A stretch of DNA of 64,000 nt, taken from positions 3,658,001 through 3,722,000 of the forward strand of contig CP075493.1 of assembly GCA_021613535.1 (NCBI GenBank). The letters run 5' to 3'. A program made the position numbers and the translations under genes. Positions within the stretch are counted from its first letter, which is position 1, and each line of letters starts with the position of its first letter. Positions 53,798 through 64,000 of this stretch are shown here, piece by piece. The notes beneath the pieces were generated by a model, which had not been told where the DNA came from, did not search any database, and was given only the letters and a program-made list of their open reading frames with translations. Source of the stretch: Adineta vaga (taxonomy: Eukaryota > Animalia > Rotifera).

Positions 53798-56700
53798 CTA
53801 ATGACGACTACTACTACTACTTTTGCGGTTCATTGCTTCTTGTATTCGTCGTTCAAGTTCTTGAATTAAAGCATCACTATGTGTATAAGTGCCTGTTTGT
53901 AATAGTGTATCTCGATGTTCAATTAAAACACCTAATTGTTGATCGACTTGTTCATAATGATCATTATCATCAGATAGTGTTGAAATTGTTTGTAAACCAT
54001 GATCAATAACGGTTGGAGTAGAAGAAACTTCTTTTAGTCTACAAAAGAAAATTTCATCGTTATGAATTATTGATTTTGTTTTCTTACTTATATAATTCAT
54101 TTTTGATACCTTCTAATTGTTTATGATCATTTTTCATAATTTCATTTTCTTCAGCTGCTAAATATCTATGATTAAAATAAAGAATAGAATCATTTATTTT
54201 TTCTTTGTATACATAGCTTCTTAAAATCTCACCGTAATCGCATATGTTCTAATTCTTGTTGTTGTTTTTGTACTAAAACTTTCGATTGTTCTTGTTCTCG
54301 TTGTTTTAAACGTTGATATTCTTTTAAAGCTTTAAGCCATTGTTGTTTATAACGATCACTAGCTGTTAATGATGCATCTAATTTACGTTGAAGTTCATTC
54401 TAAAGAAGTATTTATTAAAAAAATTCGAAAAATGATCAGTAAATTTGTACATTACTTTTTCAAGTGTAAGCATATTGATTTCAGCTTGAAGTTTAACTTC
54501 AGGTGCAGTTCGTTGTTTGTCTTTGTAAGAAAACAATTCTTGTTCTTTATCACGATAACGTTTTTCCCATTCAGCTCCAGAACGTTTTAAACGAATGATT
54601 TCATCATCGAGTGCTTGATTTTTGCTTCTAAAAAAAGAATATTCTTTAGAAGATTATCCAAATGAAATAAACAGGATATCTTTGATATCGCAAAACAATA
54701 TGTGTTTTGTTTTCTTTCTAAGAAAAGATTACTAATGAACTATCAACTATAGAAAGAAAAAAGAGATGTAAAGAACAAAAATATCTATAATCTACTTTTC
54801 GAGAGTAATTGTATGTTCAGATTGTTCTTGTAAACGTTTGGAAGCTTCACGTATTTCAATATGTTTATTATCATATTCACGTTTTAAATCAACTTGCATA
54901 CGTTGAAGCTTTAAAGAATAATAAGAAAGAAAAGATATAAGATTGAATTTAAGACATGCTTTACTTCTTGTTCATTATTATTCAATTGTTTTTCACGTTT
55001 TTCAATATCTGCTAAAGCTTTTTTCATTTGTCTTTCTAATTCACCATATTCTTTCATCTATAAATCATGTAACATTTAGACAAAATAAAGAAATTGAATT
55101 TTAATCAAACTTTTTTCTGTAATATTGATTCACGTTCACGATCTTTTTCTTTAAATGCTTCCATTAACTCATACAATTTCTTTGCTTCAACTTCACGTAA
55201 CTATATTGAATTGAAAAGAATAAACTTTCTAAAACTAAGAAGGTGAATACAAACATGTTTTTCGAATTCAAGTTCTTTGCTTTCTTTCCATAATTGTAAT
55301 TCATATGCTGCTTGTAATTGTGCATCATCATTTGGACGTTGAAAAACATGATCAAGACCAAGATGTTGCTAAAAGAAAAAAATCAAATCAAATAGTGATG
55401 TGTATTTAAAAGAATTGTTTTAATTATCAAATCATACTGGTGGTGGTACTGATTGAGATCGAGGTGTGACTGTTGAATTGAGTTGTAATGCTCCAAGGTC
55501 TTCGATTACTATAGTAACTAATAATTCTCCACATTTTCTAGAAAATTTTAAGTATAATTGTAAACTTAATTAAAAAGATATCTTACTCAGTATTTCCACC
55601 AATGAGTGACAATGCTTGAGTCCAAGTTTGTCTCCATCCAAGAATTCCATTTGTAGTAGACGAACAACGTTGTTTTTCCATTTGTAAAACTTTATCTAAT
55701 TGAAGTCGAACAAGAGCAAATAATTGATCTTTACGTTCACTACGTTCATTATCCCGACAGTAAACTTCGATTGTTAACGGTTCATGATGAAAATGTGTTT
55801 GTAATTGTTCAGCATTAACAGCGAAATTAAATATACATAAACCATGTGGTAATAAATGTTCATTCGGTGGTGCAGATGATGTATAAGGAATATGTAATGG
55901 TGGATGAGTTAATATTGGTGTTGATGTACCAAGAAATGGATAAACATAACGACAATATAAATACGCTGAATGTGATAAACGTAAATTACGAAGAGATTTC
56001 AGATCAATGGATAAACAATAATGATGAGTTAGATGATGATGATTATTAGAATTATCAAATATAGGCGACGGAAGACGATCATCAGTTGTTGCATGATTAT
56101 TGATAGATAGTTGTTGCATTCGTGGTCGAATACTAGATAAAAATATGAAAACATTTTCAAAAATAGAAGATTTTTGCAGTACCTGTTTTCATTCTCAATA
56201 TTTGTCGTACTTGAATTATGATTATTCATACTGTTCGTTCTTGTTCGATTTTGTTTTTCATGATTTATACTTTGATCATTCGCAGGTGTTTCACGTGCTA
56301 ATTTAATTTCAATTTTAACTGTTGGTTGTAAATCTTCATTATCCATATTAGACTTAATCTTTTCATTTCCAGTTGATGGACTTAGATGAAGATAAAACAC
56401 TTCTGTTAAAACATCAAATGTTTTATCCATGCCAGATCTTTGCTGTAATTGTTTGACAATTTTATGTAAAGGAATATGTGTTTGACCAACAATATCATTT
56501 CCTGAACATAGACGAAATTCAATTGGATGAAATGTTTCAAGATAAGTTCGAAGCAATTGAATTGATGAACGTATACGAAAACTTGCACGTTCGGGATCAA
56601 AATTTGCTTGAATTAAATCATGAAATTTTTTTGTAACAACATTATTTTCGAAGAGTGTATAGAAGAAAAAGTATTCATCTTGATTACTTAAATTTGTACT

Positions 56701-57516
56701 TGATGGTATTAACTAGAAATATATCAAATCAATGAAACTAGTTGTTCAAAAGAAAATGAATTACATGAATAAGATTTTTAGCAGAACAAACTGTAATTGC
56801 TAATGAAAATATCTCAGCAGATGAGACATCAGCACCTAATTGATAGTAATTCTTATCTTTGAGAAGAACTGGTTGAAGATGTTTAGAACGTGTGGTTATT
56901 GAACTTATATTTGATGATGTTTTGCCTAGAAGATATTGTTAAGAAAATAGGATAAGAGAATTTGAACAGTTTTACTAGGTTTTGATATTGTCGATGTACT
57001 TTTTGGTGCTTGATCATCTTCAATATACGCACAGATACTAAATTCAGGTTTTAGTTTTGGAAATTTTGTTTGCAATAAACGATGCCAACGAATCGTCTAG
57101 AGAAATACTTTTACAATTATGAACTATATAGAAAATAATGATATACTTGAGTAGTAGTCAATGGACGAACATCAATTATAAAATAACCAAGATTTTCACG
57201 AGATCCTGAAGTTGTTGTTACATAAGCATTACATTTAATAACACTACGTTGTAGTTTATGTTGTTGAAACGTTTTTTTGTCAAGTTCCCATGCTAATTCT
57301 TGATTGATATCAGGTGTCGAAGAAAATTCTACAGGATCAGTAAGAAGAATTTCACCATCGAACTTTGCATCGACAGTTAATTGGCATGAAGATTGACTTG
57401 GAAAATTTCGACCTAATAAAAGGCATGATTGGTTTCTCATACGATTGTAATTTACATGAAAAGAACTTACCTTCGAGAATAGAAACAACTAAAAGAAGAC
57501 GATCTTGTTGAGGCAT
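53798..57516 (-). CDS. CEP120: Centrosomal protein CEP120 (three C2 domains plus coiled coil), multi-exon
   Basis: N-terminus LLLVVSILEGRNFP...DAKFDGEILLTDPV...ELAWELDKK..QQHKLQR; RYVYPFLGTSTPILTHPP; AAYELQLWKE; C-terminus LIEHRDTLLQTGTYTHSDALIQELERRI. Confidence 0.95.
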
Positions 57517-57610
57517 TTACATCAATTGATTATCTAAATCTCTTTTAATTTTCTATACTTGAACAAAGAATAAATTTCGTGATGAGTCATCAAAACCATC
57601 AAATGTATTT

Positions 57611-57624
57611 GTTGGTATGGAAAC
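57611..57624. promoter_or_regulatory. Candidate RFX X-box upstream of CEP120
   Basis: GTTGGTATGGAAAC (reverse complement GTTTCCATACCAAC) has one mismatch to GTHNYY-AT-RRNAAC and lies about 95 bp upstream of the ATG of a centriole/cilium gene. Confidence 0.45.
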
Positions 57625-58245
57625 GGACTCGATGAAAACTTAGATTGTTATAGAAAACTTAATCATAACTATCGTACCTAATCGTAAGATAAAGAAAGAA
57701 AACATTACAAACTAGTTATTTATAAGATTAAACGACTTGCAAAATACCATCGATAGATGTCACCATATGAACACTTTGAAAATATCATGTATCGTTTTAA
57801 CTGTTCTTCTCCAAACATCCAAAAAACAAGTTGTGAAGACTCTCTCATTAGCAACTTAGAACAAACAAATAGTTTCAATTGCTTGAACAAACACTTTTTT
57901 CTATAGTACTTTTTATGGCAAAGTTCATGCTCTTTTTCTCGAAATAACAACAACAACTTGAATATAATCTTACTGATTTGCGAGTATGGAAGCATTATAA
58001 CAAGCTTATTTTCTTTTCTTGACAAATCTTTACATAGAAACTTGAAAAAAATCTCATTACAACTTCTAATCAACTTTTTTAGTATTATTCGAGCCGTACG
58101 TGAAGACAAGTTTTCTTTCTCCTTCTCTCTCGCTCTTTAGTGATTCTTATTTCATACCTTGATGACGAAAGTAATGTTTATAAAAATACAAAACTCTCTT
58201 GATTGTGTATCACATTATCCTATTCATATTTTTGATTAAATACAC

Positions 58246-59544
58246 ATGAAACATAAATCGGTCGAACATCTCCTCGATGCTATTCAACAAGGTCAATTGA
58301 GTAAAATCATTTCCTTGATTAAATATGGTCATAATATCTATGTTAAAAATAAAGTCCAACAAAATCTTCTTGTTTATATTATTCAACAACAACGTCATCA
58401 GCAAGATTCTTCCTTAATACAAAAACGTTTTCAAATATTTAAATACTTAATTAAACATTATAATCTCGATATTCATTCATTGGATTCTTATGGTAAAAAT
58501 CTATTTAATTGGACAACAAACTTGAACTGTACACAAGAAGCACTCTATCTATTGAATACTTATCCTGGTGATATTGATATACTTCGTCGTGATCGATCCG
58601 GTTCATGCTCTTTACATTATGCTGTCGAACATGGAAATGAAGTTCTTGTTCATGCTATTGTTAATTATCTCTTACGTTATCGAATGAGATTTGATATTAA
58701 AGATGCATATGATAATACTCCAGAAGATTTAGCAAATAAATTAGGTTATGAAAAAATATCTCATTTTTTAAATCAAGCATGTCGTTCAACAATATTTATG
58801 TCAAGAGAAATACCATTTAAACTAGTAGAAACAACAAAAACACCATCATCGACATCATCATCATCATCATCATCATCATCAATCGCGATTTTATCGGAAT
58901 ATTATTTCACTATGGAAACACGAATTCATGCAGCGAAAAGTGTAGAAGATTGGGAAACAGTTAGAAAATTGAGAGCATTTCGGAAAAGTATGAAGATTAA
59001 GAAATCTAATAAAACACGTAAATATCTTCTTTTTTCTCGTAACTATATACAGTCAGATTGACCTTTGTACATCATTATTTTTCTGATGTAAGCGATTAGT
59101 ATTCGAACGTTATTCTATTTCTATGTTATAGTTGACCCTCAGCCACAAACACATACAAAAACATCATCTATTCCTTGTCTTCCGAAAATTGTCTCATCTG
59201 AAAATACTTCCTCATCCAATGACATTAGTGGTGGTGGTGGTGGTGGTAGTGGACAATCTGAACAGATGTTACATTTATTTGAACTACATTTATCATCTTC
59301 ATTTCGCCGACCATTTGTACCTATTTGTCAACGAACTATAGTTCCAACTGTTATTTTTCAACGTTCACAGCATGGACATCATAAAATTGGTCATTCATCA
59401 CCTGCACATATATCATCTGCATTAAACCTTCGTAGAACAGATTTGGAACCTAGTCAAATAAGTCCCACGGGAATACAAGAAAACCATCTCTCTATTCCAC
59501 CAGTTTATAGACAACATCGTCAGACTGCTCCGACAACGAATTGA
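58246..59544 (+). CDS. Ankyrin-repeat protein, probably 2 exons
   Basis: Ankyrin-like units LLDAIQQGQL, DSYGKNLF, DRSGSCSLHYAVEHGNEVLV and KDAYDNTPEDLANKLGYEKI; low-complexity C-terminal exon from 59132. Confidence 0.8.
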
Positions 59545-61539
59545 TTAACCTTCAGACATATTTTTAATTAAAATATGACAAATAAAAAATTATACAGTGC
59601 TGAAAATAGTTATGAAACCATACGAAGCTTAAGGGTGGTATTCATCATCTTGAGAATATGTAATTTATAGCCACTCTTGGTTGAAATATTTGTTTGATTA
59701 TTGTTAAATTTAAGCGTCATTTTATCGAAGGATAATTATAAAAGACACTTTTTTTAAATTTATTTCTAAAGATGTCATGCATCTTATTCAATTGTTCTTT
59801 TCTTCTCCTGTAATCAAACATTTGATCTCCGATCTTTTGATTTCTTTTTAAAAAGGGAAAACGAGATGGAGAAAGCTATTCTCACATCATCATCACCACC
59901 ATCTTTAGTGACATAATTTGATAAAAAGACCAACGAAATCATCTGATCTTTTCACTTTTGACAATGATTAGAAGAAAATAAGTATATGAAGACAACATGT
60001 CAATTTGATGATAATTAACGCTAACACATCTATCCCTCCATATGATCATTATGAGAGTAAATGGACAGGTCACACATTCATCACATACTGCATTATAGAA
60101 AGACTTAAAATCGTTAATTCTGTTAACAAATCAATAAGGACGAAAGAAAGAAAGTGAAGATTCAATTAGAATAGAGAATTTAATCTTCTTCACATTAATT
60201 AAGATATAAAATCACACATCATGTCAGGAAATTACTCTTGACAGTAATAGTAGCGAACTAGCTAATCATTAAATGAACTTTACGCTCGTTTCTTTTTTTC
60301 ATTTAATTAAAAAATCTCTCGATTAAATTTTCTTTGTATTCAAAATCCAAAAAAAAGTTTCTTCATTGCATGTTGATGAACTTTTCATCTCACATCTTTT
60401 GTTGTCATGCCATGATTAGCACTATAGATAGTATATAATCAGGTGAGAAAAGCTTTGATATGAACTAAGTTAATGATGACGTTAATTGTCAAAGACAAGA
60501 TTCATCCTACATCATGTCATTGAAGTTAGCCTCTTTCTCTCTTCTCTTGTCCTCTTCTTTTTGACGATGAAAGAACGTGAATTTATTTCGAAGACTCGTT
60601 AAGACTAATTGACTTTTCACAGCAGGCAATCAAGTCAGAAAAAAGTGAGTTGTTCTACTGTCGTTACAGAAACCGCTAATTAAAATTCAACGCATAGGAT
60701 ATGACACATCAAAAAAAAAAAGAAAAGAAAGAAAAATCATCCATCCACTCCATGTTGAAGCATCTCATTGAAGAATAATTTAATCAAATATTAAATTCAG
60801 ACAATCAATTCATGATGATGTATTATCTACTCATTTTTGCAAAGTGATCATTATAAAACTGAACTCTAAGAAATTTTGCTTTCTTTTAAAGACGTTAACG
60901 AGAAAAAAAAAGTCGCATTTATAACCGTAAATAGAAATGTCACGCTAGTTAATTATGTATTAGAATAAACATAAACATATTCATTATATCTATAATTGAA
61001 ATTTGTTTAATAATGTTAATAATGATGAATCGTTTCATGTACTTTATTCTTATGTATATAAAACAATTAGAAAGAGCATAACCAAATATAATTAATAATA
61101 ATAAAAAGAAAAGAAAACGTTTTTAATTCTATATTTCGAAATTTATTTATTTTTAAAAACATATCAATTCAATTTGTTGAGAGAAGAAATTAGTCCGCCT
61201 CATATTCATTGGTTAAACGAGTTTATAATTACATCCGCCTTTGCCATTCGTTCGATGGGTGTTATTTAGACGAATAGAAAAAGAAATGAAGGAAAGAGAG
61301 AGAGAAAGAAGAGAAGAATAACCATTTTGATTAATATTTTGCTTCATTTCTTTCTGCTCTTTTTTTTTTCCTTCTCTTTCTCTCTTTTCATCATTACAGT
61401 ACTAACCTATTCAGCACAATCATTATTAGATTATTCATTAAATAAATTAAAAAAAACAACATAGTCACAAGTCAAGAAGAAATCTCATCAACATTCATAC
61501 GAGTAAATTATCATATTAATAGAAATAAACCGAACTAGA

Positions 61540-62778
61540 ATGAAAAGTGAAACAAATAAAACAACAAATACGATTCCACTTGTGGCAACAACAAGTGATG
61601 ATTTGTCGGATCCAAATAATCTCAAAGCAATTCATTCAATCGAAGCAATTTTAGGTATTAAAAATGGTGAACATTATCATCAACAACATCCATTTGCTTC
61701 ACATTTTTTCCCTTCATCTGCACAAATGCATCATCAATCAAGTAAGAAACGACATTCCCATCGGCCTTATTCAGATGGTATGCTTTGAAAAACTGAAATT
61801 TCGTAAGATTTATTGTTTCTCTTTCTTCTATTCAAATAGTTAAAACAGTTCGTCGTGTTAGTAATGAAACCGATGTCTTAAGTAATAGTAAAAGTAATGG
61901 TAATTCTGAAGATGATCTCGATGATGATGATGATGATAATGATAGTATTGATCATTGTTTAACAAATTCTCAACATGATTCGAAGAAAAAACATCGACGA
62001 AATCGTACAACATTTACAACATTTCAATTACATGAACTTGAACGAGCTTTTGAAAAATCTCGTAAGTCATATAAAATTTAAATAGGATTTAACTGATTTC
62101 TGTTCTTTTTCGTTCCAGATTATCCTGATGTATACAATCGAGAAGAATTAGCAGTTAAGATTAGTTTACCTGAAGTTCGAGTGCAAGTTTGGTAAGTTAA
62201 TAGTGTTGGTTTTTTTCAACTTGATATATTTTTAATCGTTTGATTTTGATATTAGGTTTCAAAATCGTCGGGCAAAATGGCGTCGACAAGAAAAGGCTGA
62301 AGCAACTACATTGAAAATCAATCCCGATTTTCCTATGTCAAGTTTTCCACCAACATCCAAAAATAATACAATGGCTTCTTCATCATCACCATCATGTTCA
62401 TCAACAATACCAATTGATCCGTGGCTTGTAAATCCATTTTCACCATCGAATTCATCTTTTGGTACAAATACAAATGGCTCCAATAATCCTGGTCATATTC
62501 CTTTTTTTTCAACAAATTGTAATGTATCCTCACTTTATTCATCATCAACATATCCCACACCACCACTTCATCATCATCATCATCATCCGTATGGCTCATT
62601 TTCTACAGATACGAATGATATTTCAAATGAAACAAACAACAACAACAATAATAATAATAATAATAATAATACTACTTCAATTGCTCATTTACGTATCAAA
62701 GCCAAAGAATATATGAATGCTATTATTGGTACAACAAATACTACGAAAAATCATCTTGTATGGCCTCAGGGTGTATAA
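61540..62778 (+). CDS. rax: Retinal homeobox protein Rx/Rax, 4 exons
   Basis: Octapeptide HSIEAILG; spliced homeodomain [63 protein letters not shown]; Rx motif IPIDPWL; OAR motif [13 protein letters not shown]. Confidence 0.96.
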
Positions 62779-64000
62779 AAACATGACGTTATCTCTTTTC
62801 TTTCGAAATTATGTGTATTCAGAGAGAATTTTCTTTTCTTTTGTGCTGCTAAGATTTGTTTTTCTTTTTCTATTCACAAAATATAATTCATTGAATTAGC
62901 TAAGTACCTAAATCATGTTCCTCTTTCTGTATAGGGTTATTACTTTGTTTCTTTAGCACTGAAAAGAAAAAAAGTAAGTTGACATTGTAATATAATTGCT
63001 GACAGACATCGCCATCATTCCCTTCTTTTACTTATTCTTTCTCGTCTCTATTAATTCATTGTGAATATAATGACGATCAATTTTATGTATTGCAAGCAGT
63101 TAAATGCACGCGACGAGATTAATAGAAAGGTAAGAGACCGACCGGGTAAAGAAAAAAAAAAGAAAACGAAGTAACGAAAACTCAAATATTATTACTTCAA
63201 TTAACGTCACGCTATGTCAATTGTTTAGATGAAGATTCACCTTTTTTTCTCCTCCCCATATAACATAATTAATTTTCTGCTCGAATGGACTGATGTGTGT
63301 TGATTACTTCATCATCATCACACCATACAAAGATGATAATTGATTTCGACTATACAATTGATTTCTTATCAAGAAAAATATTTCAAGACATTACCTTTTG
63401 TCACACAATGATAATGATGATAGACCCTACGGCAATAGAGAGAGAAGAAGAAAAAAAGAAAATTTCTCAAGAGATAATATCAAAAACAATAATGTCATTT
63501 GAATCGGAAACAACTTTGTCTATTTACATATATAATGAATCACAATTTCATTCAATTGTACGCATGTATTGTTGTATATTTACATATAATTATTATCATT
63601 AATTATATATTTAATTAATCGCATGATAATGTGTACCTAAAGACTTTGACAAACTTGTGAAGTGAAAAATATGTAATAAATGACGTAGTAATTGTGTAAA
63701 GATAGATTATTTATTATCCAATTCAGAATTAAGTATACAAAGTACCAGGTTTCAAGTTCTTTAATACTATTCTATCTATCATAGTTTTAACAAATCCTCA
63801 CAGACCTACGATTTGAAAATACTACAATTGATATGCAGATTAAATTATAATCCTAATTGATGTTATTTTATATATAACAACCTAAACATCGTTCTATTTC
63901 TTTGAGTTTACCCCGTTGTCTGTAGATTTTATCTGACCTAGATTATATATACTCAGTGAAATTTCTTATAAAATGTTGAATTGATATTAATAGAGAGAAT

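Noticed and set aside
57720-58140. 129-aa and 60-aa ORFs between CEP120 and the ankyrin gene
   Set aside because: They have AT-rich K/F/L-biased composition, no motifs and non-ATG starts, so they are probably chance ORFs.

Overview
AT-rich, gene-dense animal genomic DNA with many ~50-60 nt GT-AG introns. The intron size, composition, gene families and a CCCAGG...CCTGGG short element resemble a bdelloid rotifer, which is an inference from recall. About 26 protein-coding genes were assembled by hand-splicing. Conserved metazoan genes include RPS11, MED15, GALNT, NDRG, an SLC1A/EAAT transporter, MORN5, MINDY, CEP120, Rx, two divergent BarH-like genes, ATF4 and two Shisa-like genes. The most notable items are: (1) a five-exon secreted prepro-protein whose mature part looks like a stand-alone domain 4 (sterol-binding domain) of bacterial cholesterol-dependent cytolysins; (2) an NBR1 autophagy receptor in which a USP24/USP9X-type N-terminal helical domain sits where the ZZ finger normally is; (3) a stand-alone WWE ORF nested antisense in a serine-protease intron; (4) a zinc-ribbon-repeat/NEURL4-type ADP-ribosyltransferase fusion; (5) an ATF4 leader with the full uORF1 plus overlapping-uORF2 layout; (6) operon-like gene packing; and (7) a fungal-type prolyl 4-hydroxylase. 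Several genes carry single-base frameshifts that are probably assembly errors. No rRNA, tRNA or CRISPR array was recognised. All homology calls are from remembered family motifs, not database searches.
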